Shown: positions 17,857 through 28,400 of the stretch, in pieces | Layout: every line of letters starts with the position of its first letter | Position numbering within the stretch: the first letter of the stretch is position 1 | Position numbers and translations under genes: made by a program | Assembly (NCBI GenBank): GCA_030753015.1 | Contig: JASMDC010000026.1 | Span: 1 to 49,548, forward strand | DNA: 49,548 nucleotides | Direction of reading: 5' to 3' | From: Candidatus Undinarchaeales archaeon | Lineage (GTDB): Archaea; SpSt-1190; JASMDC01 | Notes under the pieces: generated by a model | Databases searched by the model: none | The model's input: only the letters and a program-made list of their open reading frames with translations | What the model was told of the DNA's origin: nothing

Positions 17857-20628
17857 ATGAGGCAGAGGTACATTATCCTGTTGTTGATAACCCTCTCGCT
17901 CCTCGCTCCGTTCGCCGGGGCGGTGGCCGCCGAGAGCATCCGTGAGGAGGTGACATTGACACGGCTCAACCGATTGGAGGCAACTGTCGAGTTCATCTTC
18001 TCCAAACGACAGATGGACACGATCCAAGAAGAACATGTGAGAATGATCTGTAATCGGGCCCACTTCTTATCATGCGATGCAGTTGTCGATAGGCTGCATA
18101 ACGCTATCACGGTTACCGCCTCGATGCGACCTTCCATCAACATAGAATCCGTAGAGGACGCGGATGGAGGTAAGCTTCGTGCGATATTCGCTCACAGGTA
18201 CGCACCCCTTCAGCATGTACTTGCCACACGAGTGAGCACCCCGAACACGCACCTCACCATCCACTATCCTACCCATACATTCTCCTTCGATAAACCCGTG
18301 ATGGAGGAGATGAGGAACACCTTCACGGTGACCTTTGAGCACCAGCCTTTCCCGTTCGATTTCGGTACGACCCTCACGAGCTCGAATGAGGATCTGATCG
18401 TTGGCGATACTATTGACATCCCGGAGATACACGGAGAGGTATGCTATGCTGCTCTCTTCTTCGGTACAACGAAGGTATCCCATGCGACGACAGTCGGCTG
18501 TCTCAAGATGTATCTGCCCAGCGGAGGAGCACCGACCGGGGTCGAACCCACCATCCATGTCCTCTCCTATTCGAAGGACAAGGTGGAGTATTCGACCTTC
18601 GGCCCGGAGGACGTTCCCATCGAGCCCTCGTCCATGGACCTCACCCTTACGCTCGAGCAACGCTTGACCAAGCTCGGCCGTCCGGTTCGCATCGGCATCA
18701 CCACCGATGAGGAAACCGAATGGTGTGAGGTGGTAATCATGGACAGCCTCCTCAATCCTCTCGGCACGGTGAGGTACGAAACGTGCGACGAGATACTCGT
18801 GGGCACTAGAACATCGTGGCTGCCCGGGCTCCATTATTTCAGGGTGACCGTTCACGCAGGTTCCAAGCATGCATCTGCGTCAGAATCCGTTACGCTCGAA
18901 CCTTCCGGCCACGAGGAAGGCCCTGGATTCGATGTGGAGAAGGATGTGTTCACAGCCGGCGAGTCCGTGACCCTGCATTCCTCTTTCCGTGGTAGGGGCC
19001 TCTACTGCACGACCCGTCTCTATGATCTCGAGTACAACCTCGTCTCGGAGGTCGACTCTTTCGGATGCGAACGCGCCACGGTTGATCTGGACGAGACACT
19101 TGCGGCAGGCAGTTATATCATAAAGACCGATATGTACGAGAGGGGACGGCTCAAGGGATTCGAGTCTACAATCATCCAGATCAAACCATGGAGCCCCCTT
19201 CCGGGGACACTCATGGAGCGGCTCTGTACTGGTTCGTTCTTCAGGTTGGAGGATGAACGCATACCGTGTCTCGTACCCGGAAGGACCTGTACACCGACCT
19301 CGCTCCAATTACCGCTGTGTTTGTGCTTCGACAAGAACGGTAACGTGAAGGACAGCTGTAACTATGCGGAGGTATGTACAAAGGACGGTTGTCGGGAGCG
19401 TGCGATCCCCCCCTATACCGTCATCATTGACGGGACCAAGTGCATCGCAAGGCGTGGGACCCACGTACTGCCATGCGTCGGACCTGGAGAGCTCTGCTCG
19501 GATTCATGCTTATGCGTGGACAGGTTCCGCTCACCCATCTCTACATGCCAGGAGAACTCGCTCTGCACACCGACAGGTTGTAGCAAACCGGAGATCGTTT
19601 TCGATGTGGAGGACGTGGAGCCGGTCTCCGCGCGCCGTTCGGATCTCGCATCTGGGATAGATTTGACATGGCGTGGTGTGCTCAAATACCATGACCGTAT
19701 TACGGCCGGAGAGGGATTCACCGTTCGCTCACGTCTCGGAGACGCAGAAGAGAGCGCGACCATCGAGCCGGTGGGTGATGGCCGTGTGACGGTCTCCACG
19801 CACTTGGCAACACCACTCAAGGAGGGAGAGACGGAGGCCTATCTCCTGTTCGAGAGGGAAGAGGCCAAGCTCTTGGTCAAACGCCAGTTCTCGGTCCAGT
19901 ACGATGATCCGGGATTGCTGTTCGAGATCGTGGACGTCGAGCCGGAGGCGCTCGACGCCGAACGGCTGCGTGGTGAGCAGTCGCTGCGTGTGCGTATGCG
20001 GGTGCTTGACGAGCAAGGTCATAAGGTCGTGTCACTCCCCATCTCGGCGTTCGATATGAGTGTCGACGGCGTGCTTGTCCGCTCGATCTCGGCGAAGTTC
20101 ATCGACGACATGTGGAACGTGGTCGGGACGCTCTGGGCAGATGACCTCCCTCCAGGACCGAGGCGGCTGACCCTGTCCGTGGACCACCTCGGACGATCAC
20201 GAAAGATCGAACGCAGCATTGATGTGATGCGGAAAGCACCCCTAGACGTGAGCATCATGAAGGTCGATCCGGGTACGAAGCAGAAGCCGCTCTTCCTCAT
20301 GATCGTCGGGATCGGGTTCGACATGGACGTCTACTTGGAGCTCCAAGGGTCCGAGGGCCTCACCAAGAACGATGTAACCATCACGCTGAACAACAAGGAC
20401 ATATCCGAGACAATAACCTACATCGTGAGTACGGCCAAGGGGCCGAAGATCCACCTCTCGAACGTCCGCCTCTGCCCCGACCATCCACCTAGACCGAACA
20501 GCGAGATACCTTTCGAGGTTCAGATACGAAAGGGGGATGAGACTGCTAGCGATAAGACCCGACTGGTCGTCCGGGGGAATCCCGGCGATTGGTCGAACCT
20601 GGGACAGACGGGGTGTGATGCCCGATGA
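17857..20628 (+). CDS. Secreted multi-Ig-like protein with two internal Cys modules
   Basis: MRQRYIILLLITLSLLAPFAGAVAA signal peptide (start revised from 17779). It has repeated beta-sandwich-like segments, two PC..PG..C...CLC.D.......C.....C...GC modules and three [ED][IV].[DK]V[ED]P-initiated repeats. Confidence 0.85.
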   Translation: MRQRYIILLLITLSLLAPFAGAVAAESIREEVTLTRLNRLEATVEFIFSKRQMDTIQEEHVRMICNRAHFLSCDAVVDRLHNAITVTASMRPSINIESVEDADGGKLRAIFAHRYAPLQHVLATRVSTPNTHLTIHYPTHTFSFDKPVMEEMRNTFTVTFEHQPFPFDFGTTLTSSNEDLIVGDTIDIPEIHGEVCYAALFFGTTKVSHATTVGCLKMYLPSGGAPTGVEPTIHVLSYSKDKVEYSTFGPEDVPIEPSSMDLTLTLEQRLTKLGRPVRIGITTDEETEWCEVVIMDSLLNPLGTVRYETCDEILVGTRTSWLPGLHYFRVTVHAGSKHASASESVTLEPSGHEEGPGFDVEKDVFTAGESVTLHSSFRGRGLYCTTRLYDLEYNLVSEVDSFGCERATVDLDETLAAGSYIIKTDMYERGRLKGFESTIIQIKPWSPLPGTLMERLCTGSFFRLEDERIPCLVPGRTCTPTSLQLPLCLCFDKNGNVKDSCNYAEVCTKDGCRERAIPPYTVIIDGTKCIARRGTHVLPCVGPGELCSDSCLCVDRFRSPISTCQENSLCTPTGCSKPEIVFDVEDVEPVSARRSDLASGIDLTWRGVLKYHDRITAGEGFTVRSRLGDAEESATIEPVGDGRVTVSTHLATPLKEGETEAYLLFEREEAKLLVKRQFSVQYDDPGLLFEIVDVEPEALDAERLRGEQSLRVRMRVLDEQGHKVVSLPISAFDMSVDGVLVRSISAKFIDDMWNVVGTLWADDLPPGPRRLTLSVDHLGRSRKIERSIDVMRKAPLDVSIMKVDPGTKQKPLFLMIVGIGFDMDVYLELQGSEGLTKNDVTITLNNKDISETITYIVSTAKGPKIHLSNVRLCPDHPPRPNSEIPFEVQIRKGDETASDKTRLVVRGNPGDWSNLGQTGCDAR

Positions 20629-22463
20629 GCTTAGGAGTCGGCCACCGTGGTCAGTTCACGCTCATCGGTCTTGCAGCCATAGCACTCGTCGTGCTGATGA
20701 TCGTTATGTTCACTCTCAAGGGGACCGAGGCCGATCGTGACCGACGCATCACCGAGAGCGAAGCATCGGACATATCGCGGGTCCTTGAGAAAGAGACGCG
20801 GTTCCTCGAGGGTGTTCTTGAGGATGCTGTTGCGTCCGCCGTATTCGAGATGGGGCAGAACAGCGGGTACACCCTCGAGAACAGGCCCGGGCTAAAGCAC
20901 ATGGGCATCCCCTACCTGTTCTACCAGGGCCATGTGGTGAACGTACCTACCGTCACCGTCATGGAGGACATGCTCGCAGAAGAGGTGGAGCGGAGGGTCA
21001 CCAACGCCATCGAGAAGCACAAGGTACAGCTGCGAAAGGAGAAGCGTACCTATTCATTCGGTCATCCCGTCGTAGGGGGCATCATCGAGGAGACGGGATG
21101 TCGTCTCGACCTTAGTGTACCCATCGTTGTGGAGGCCGAGGACGGAACGATGCATGCATCGTCCACAATCGAGTTCACCCACGTGAGCCCTCTGCGCATC
21201 GGCTATTTACGGAAGCTGGCCGAGCAGTACGTACAGAACTACAACCAGCTCCGCTTCATGGAGATGGGCGTTCTTGCCGGGATCCGGGAGGACGCCCGTA
21301 TCTGGGAACCCCCAGGAAGGCTCATGCACTCAGTATCATGTAAGAATCCCCCATTCAAGGGGAAGGAGGAGATGGTGACGCCCTTCAGGGAGAACAGTCA
21401 GCTGTCGGTGGCACGTGAGCTCAAGCGCATCCGAAATCTCTTCCGTGAGGACCGCTACGTCGAGTGGAACCTCGACTTCAGGCCCACCGATACCGATTTC
21501 TCCTTCGTGGCCGATAACGATAAGTACGGGTACGAGACCGAGCGCATCTATCTAGTCCCCCAGATGCTCGCCCCCTTCTCCCCACGCTCGGACGTATGCA
21601 TCTCTCACTATGAGGTGACCTACGAGCTGAGCTGGCCGGTACAAGTATCCCTTATCGACCTCCTTCCCACGGCAAAAGTAGTAGGGGGTTCGGGATCCGC
21701 CCTCATCAAACCGCTCGAGTTCCAGTTCTATCTGGAGCCGTACCTCGGGACGAACGAGGACGGATCAGTGAACACGCGTGCCGTGAACGAGTCGGTCGAC
21801 GCACCTTCAACGGTCGATAGCAAATGCGCGGGTTCATGCAAACTAGATCTGACATTCACCAACTCCAACAACGGACGGGTATGGCTCGATACATGTGCCT
21901 ACACCTACGACGGTAGCAGGCTGTACGAGGAAGAGATCACATGCGGAGTGCACACGCTGGTCGCGGCCGATGCCACAGATCCTACCCTTGGGAAGCTGAT
22001 CAAGAGGGTGAACCTCCAGAACACGCTCAAGGAGACCTACACGATCCCGCCGGCGATAACGGTGGAAGGGACAGTGTACGAGGAACAGCGGACCTACTGT
22101 GAGATGTCTGGTACCCTTACTTCACCGAACAACGTACCGATCGTGGCCCGTGGCGGTGCACCGCCTGCTTACATCGAGGTGCTCCTAGTACCATTGGAGG
22201 TCGGTCTGGGCGAGGTCATGTACGCAGCGGCCGATGATAAGGGACACTACTCGTTCCCCCAGGTGACACCTGGTGAGTACTGGCTCGTCGCCCGCTCCAC
22301 TCCTGATGCTGATGGGCATCCTCTCATCGCAATTGATCCTGAAGGTAGAATAGTCACTATAAGTGCTGACTCTCGTCGAATAGACGTCATCATGAAGCCG
22401 CTACAGATAGCGTTCGTTCATGGTAAGTACGAGAGAGTCTCGGAGGTGAGTGACGCGTGCTGA
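20625..22463 (+). CDS. Large class III signal peptide (type IV prepilin-like) protein with a C-terminal carboxypeptidase-regulatory-like beta-sandwich
   Basis: HRG|QFTLIGLAAIALVVLMIVMF prepilin-type N-terminus, then an amphipathic helix; C-terminal ADDKGHYSFPQVTPGEYWLVA. ATGA overlap with the upstream gene. Confidence 0.8.
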   Translation: MSLGVGHRGQFTLIGLAAIALVVLMIVMFTLKGTEADRDRRITESEASDISRVLEKETRFLEGVLEDAVASAVFEMGQNSGYTLENRPGLKHMGIPYLFYQGHVVNVPTVTVMEDMLAEEVERRVTNAIEKHKVQLRKEKRTYSFGHPVVGGIIEETGCRLDLSVPIVVEAEDGTMHASSTIEFTHVSPLRIGYLRKLAEQYVQNYNQLRFMEMGVLAGIREDARIWEPPGRLMHSVSCKNPPFKGKEEMVTPFRENSQLSVARELKRIRNLFREDRYVEWNLDFRPTDTDFSFVADNDKYGYETERIYLVPQMLAPFSPRSDVCISHYEVTYELSWPVQVSLIDLLPTAKVVGGSGSALIKPLEFQFYLEPYLGTNEDGSVNTRAVNESVDAPSTVDSKCAGSCKLDLTFTNSNNGRVWLDTCAYTYDGSRLYEEEITCGVHTLVAADATDPTLGKLIKRVNLQNTLKETYTIPPAITVEGTVYEEQRTYCEMSGTLTSPNNVPIVARGGAPPAYIEVLLVPLEVGLGEVMYAAADDKGHYSFPQVTPGEYWLVARSTPDADGHPLIAIDPEGRIVTISADSRRIDVIMKPLQIAFVHGKYERVSEVSDAC

Positions 22464-25400
22464 AACGGCCACACGGCCAAAAAAAGTATGCATTGGTATT
22501 CTTACTACTGTTCATCATATCGACCTCTGCCCAGGCGGGTCTCATACCAATCTCCGATAAGTACGCGGGTGGCGCAAAGAACATGTGCAAGACCTGCATC
22601 CAGTGCGTGGACACCGAGGGGGAGGAGCAAAAGAGCTGTCTGATGGGATGCCTGAAAGCAGGTGTCGACCTGCTGCTCGGACCCCTGTGCAACAAGATGT
22701 GCAAGGACAGCAAGATATGCAACGGTCTGTGCGGCAACTGTATCCCATGCGCGTTCGAGAAAGGGGATGCGGCCGAGAAGTGCCTTGTGAAGTGCGTTGG
22801 TGAAGCTCTCATAATCGGACCTATCTGTGGTAATGTGTGCAATCAGACCGTAAGCCAGGACTGGATGAACGGTGCAGAGAAGTGCGAGGGTGCATGTACA
22901 GAGTGCGCCTCGTGCGTGTTCGAGGAGGGTGGTGAAGCCCAGGAGAAGTGCGCGCTCAACTGTGTCGTGAAGAACATCCTTCTCAATCCGCTCTGTGGAA
23001 AGGCCTGCTCGAAGGCCGGTGGTGATCCCAAGGATTGGGAGATTAAGGAAAGTGACTCTGCAGATGAAAAAGCGAAGAAGAAGGAGGCTGCAAAGGAAGG
23101 CGCCAAGGATGTTGGCGCATGCGAGAAGATCTGCTCGACAGCCATCGAATGCGCTCCCTGTGCCTTTAAGACGACAGGCCGTGATAAGGCAATGTGCGGG
23201 GTCTCGTGCGTTGTCGGTAACTTCCTCTGTGAGAAATCATGCAGGAAGATATGCGACGATCCGAAGCAATATCCGACAGAGGCGGAGAAAGCAGAGGAGA
23301 AGAAGGACGACAAAGACGGTAAGAAGAAGCCGAAGATGAAGGATTGTACAAGTAATTGCCTTGACATCTGTGGTACCTGCTCACAATGTGCGAACCAGAA
23401 GACCGAGGCAGGCTTGAAAGAATGCATGATAAGGGAGTGCTTGGGCAAGAAGCTGATCAGCGCCCTGTGCAGCAACCTCTTTGTGGGCCCCATGGTGCAG
23501 AAGTGCCTCGAGTGCGGGACGTGCGCGATGGAGCCCGAGGAGAACCGAGCGGCATGCCTTAAGGACTGTGTCGGGAGGCAGCCATTGGCCTTCGACATCT
23601 GCGAGACCGTGAGCTGTGATCCCATCTGCTCGGGCCAGCGTACTGAGGAATGCCGTCAGAAGTGCGGAGGGAGCAGCACATGCATAGACGTGTGCATCCA
23701 GGACTGCAAGGTCGAGTGCCTGGACCTTTGTCACGCATGTGGTAAGTGTGGTTTCGAGAGCACGAAAGAGGCAATGCACGAGTGCACCATCCGCTACTGT
23801 ATACGCCCCTTCATGATGACACCCATCTGCGAGGACTATTGCTCTGAAGTAGTAAAGGGACTGCGGCCGGAGAACTGCAAGGCAATATGCATGACATGCG
23901 AGGATGCTATCTTCTCCGTAGATTGTGTGACCAGAAAGAGTCAGGTGCGGCCCCTTCTTGTGCAATGCATGTTCCGGGACGTGTGCGATGAGCGATGCGA
24001 CGAACATTTCGAGTCGGTACAGGAGGCGGACGAGTGCAAGGGTAACTGCGATAAATGCAAGCACTGTGCGAATGAGGATGACTATAATGTCCAGAAACAG
24101 TGCATGGAGGACTGCTTCGGTTCCCTGTCAGTGAAAGCCGAGTGTTCGGGCCTCTGCGTTGAGTGGGGAGTGACCGCGGGCGACGCGACCCTCAGGTGCC
24201 GTAGCCTGTGTGCGGCCTGCGTGCGGTGCGATGGGGAGACGGACCCGGCAAAGAAGAAGATCTGCCTCCGCAACTGCACGATGACCCAGATGGAGGATTA
24301 CTTCGGTGAGCGGTGCGACAGCGTGTGCCAGGACCAGGACGATAAGCCCACCTGTCGTGACAAGTGCATGAAATGCGATAGCTGCCCGTTCGAAGGCGAT
24401 GGACAGAACATCACGACATGCATCTTGAACAAGTGCGTCGACTCCATCTCGGTAGCACGGCCCATCTGTGAGGACGTATGCGCCAACGAGCAGAACAAAG
24501 CAGGCTGCATTCAGGGATGCGTCAAATGCCCGTCTTGCGTAGATCTCGATACACGGCGGAAACGTCTTGACTGTTTCACCGAATGCGTTGCACCGGACAT
24601 CCTCGGTAGTCAATGCGACTCGCTCTGTGTGGACAGACCCAATGCCACCGGATGCAAGCAACGGTGTCGAAATTGTCACCTGTGCATGGACAAGACCGGC
24701 CAATCACGTGGGGAGTGTCTTGAACGATGTGCAGACCGGGGACAACTTCGTTCTTCATGTGAAGGCCATTGCGAGACTGCCAAGGATCTGATCTATTGCC
24801 AGAGCGCATGTATGACCTGCCCCCAGTGCGATAAGCTCGAGGGCACGGAGCTTGATTCGTGCATACAGGAATGCACCGGCATAATCACACGGCAGATGCT
24901 CTTTGACACGTGCGATGACCTCTGTGCCTCATATAATGACCCGGAGCGCTGTAAGGCGGCATGCGATGAATGCACCGACTGCGACATGGGAGCCGGGCAG
25001 TACGAGTGCCTGCAGGACTGTGTGGATAAGACTGATTCGGGGCTGGACTTCTCCGATAAAGAGAAGGAACGTCGTGAGAAGCTGAAGAAAGGGCTGCTGT
25101 CCGGAGTCTGTGACCTCATGTTCGGCAATATCTGGGACATGTTCTCGTGTGACCTAGTATGTGCAATGGGGGGTCCTTGTCCCATCCCTGACCAAAGGTA
25201 TCTTCTCAAATGCCCCGAGACCGCACAAGAGAACCTCTACCTCTACTATTCAGACCTCATCACCTATTTCGAGAACGTTGCAGAGTTCTATGCGAATATG
25301 GAGGCGGCTCTGGATGCAATACTCTTGGGCACAGTGGGAATGTGCGGGATGTGCAATTACCAGCTGGCCATGATATCGGGTGCTTACAGCACGTGTAGCG

Positions 25401-28400
25401 GCGTCTGGAATCCGACGCCCTTCGGCGCAGCGACCATCCCATGGAACGAGTGGATGTGCGACATCGCCGGCGTAACCAACTGCCAGTCGCAGGTATGTCT
25501 CCCAGGGGGGAAGGTATCCACCTGTCCGCAACTGTGCTCCTACGGAGTGTGCCACTACAACACGTTAACGGGCACAATCGCCCCCGGAACGCCATTCTGC
25601 TGCGCACCATGCACAGCTGGTTGCTGCATGTCATCATGGATTTCAGTCCCATCGGTTACCAGTCATGTCAATCCTCCTGGAATGAAGGCATGCCACTCCT
25701 TCCTTCATGAGGCTGACGATTCGTGCACCATGGACGGACTCTGGTGGCGCAAGGTCGTCGATGCCCCTGCTCTGCGAAATCCCTGCTACGTTACTATCAA
25801 GATAACCGAGCTACGTAACTATGTCCACACCCTACGCGCAGAGATCATCCCCGACATAATCATGCAGATACGAGCGCTGCGTGCCAACGCCCGTAGGTGC
25901 ACGGTCCGAGTCACTTGCTCATCGAACATCAAGATCTACCTGGACCTGCTCGAGGAGATCTGGGACCGGGCCAACCACGTGGACGGCTGGGATACCAAGA
26001 AGTTCGAGGACGAGACCAACAAGTTCACTCTCGCCATGAAGGACTACATGGCAGATATCGGTTCCGGTGGCGGGGGCTTCTCGTTCAGCGGGGACGCCAA
26101 AGCGTGGACTAACTTCAAGAACGGGATCAGTGTGACCGCGTCCGCATACATGGACATAACCTCTGGCGGCAGCTTTGAGAAGTACATCGTATGGGTGCCA
26201 GACTACAGCCCTGCCTTGTGTCTTGTCCCAACGGGGGCAGCCACTAGCGCGGGCACAACTGCTGCCTCGAGCGTGATAGACAAGGTGAAGAAGAAGGCTA
26301 AAGATGGTGCCACTGATGCCGTGAAGAGCACTTTCGGTGTAAAGCAGATGCAGGCCATCTCCGAGTACCATACTAAGCTACTGACCATGTCAATGACCTC
26401 TGTGTTCGCCGGCGAATCAGGTGCACCAGGTGTTACATGTAACTTAGGCTTTCCTGCTCAATGCTTCCCCTCGTTCCCCATCGCATGGCACCTGGTAGAA
26501 GGGCAGAACCTCGGAGAGGATCTCGTGTTCAACTTCCCCGTGCTCCCGAAGTGCGGTGTCGAGGCCTTCGGCAAGGCGATGCCCGGTGACGCCTTCTGGC
26601 ATTCCCAAGAATGTTTTCTATATCGGTCATCCTCGTCCGATCTTGGTTCGATGGGTGAGGAAGAGGAGGAACCATGGGAGGAGGAGGAGGAAGAAGAGGA
26701 AGAAGAATGGGAAGAGGAAGAGGAAGTATGGGGCGAGGAAGAAGAAGAGATCGATGAGGAGGAGGAGATCGATTGCTACGGACTTGCCGATCTTACTCCA
26801 TGCTACAATGACCGGGGTATCTGCTGTAATGAGGTCTGCGTCCCAGGGGCGGACGAGTGCATAACAACGGAAGAGGAGTGCATCGCAAAAATCGATGGGG
26901 AGACCTGCTGGGATGGCGATGCCCTCTGCTGCTTCGAGACATGCATCCCGAACGCTACAACATGTGGTACCGGTTCGGCCGAATGTTACGGCCTACGCGA
27001 TAGGACCCCGTGCTCGGCCGGGCTCTGCTGCAACCAGCAATGTATCGCCGATGCGCTCGCTTGTAGTGGTACAACACCCGACTGCCTTGGAAAAATAGAC
27101 CAAATGTCGTGCGCCGATGGAGAGGGCATCTGCTGCCGAGAGGCGTGCATACCGGGAGCTGACTCCTGTGCTGTCGTTCTGGGGTGCGAGGAAGGCCTTG
27201 ATGGTGTCGCCTGTGCTGGAGGTACTTGTTGCGATACCTATTGTGTACAGGGTGCAACGTCATGTGGGGCCTATTTAGACGAATGTGTTGATGCGGAGGA
27301 CCTCACGCTGTGCACAGGAAATGGTCTGTGCTGCAGAGAAAGGTGCATCCCGAGTGCCACGTCTTGCGGAGGATCCGTTCATCCGCCCGTTCCGGATGAG
27401 ATAGCTGCAACCTGCGGAAAAGCATGCGAAGAGGATTATGCGAGCCCGTACTACTGTCATCCGACTGAAGGGATGTGTGCATGCAGGACGGAGACCGGGC
27501 CACGGTTCATAGAGGAGATCCTCTGCACACCGCGGGTTTCACGACGTATGGTCAGGAACCTTATGCGGTGCTGTGAGCGACATGAACTCGATGAGATGGA
27601 TATCTGCTACTCGACACAGAGCGAAACGGGCTTCTGTTGCCAGGGTGCGTTCTATGAGGTGCCCATCGACCTTTCCTGTATCGATGATGCACCCGTGATG
27701 GAGATCGCCTCCATTGCCTGGGAAGCCGATGGACGTGAAGTGCTCTCTAGGGTCGCTGGTGAACCGGTCAACCTGACCGTCGTGCTCAGGAACACTGGAA
27801 AAACGCTAGAGAACGGCGACCTGTCTTTCCGTATCGACGCAAGTGATGAAAGACTTGTGGAAGAGGACCGGCATGGCATCACTGTGGTAGGGGACAGCGT
27901 AGAGCGCTTCATACATCCCGTTATACCCGAACGTAGGCTTGCCGGTACGGCCCTCGATGGACGAGCCCTTCTTGGCTACCTCAATCTTCAGGTGAGTTCC
28001 AACTACACACGATTATACCTATTAGATGACGATACCATCGATGTGACCGAAGGTCACATCGAAAAGGAGGGCTTACGGAGCGATTATGTCCTTGCAGGTG
28101 ACACGGTTACCGGAGTAGCCTCTGTAGTGTCCACCCGTGACGAGCCCGTAGTGGTCATATTATCTGTTTCCCTGATGGCCGATGGTACGGAGATCGCGGG
28201 TACGCGGAGGAGCGAACTCATCACACTCGAAGCTGGTGCTACAGTCACTATAGGATCCATGCAACATGTCATTGGTGCGATAGATGTAGCAAAGGAGCTC
28301 GGTATCCTCGTGGAGGTCATCGGTCAGGCAGGAGAGGTTATTCAGTACAAGCGCCTCGACGAGGATGTCTACAATGATGCGGTTCGAACGGTGCTCTCAC

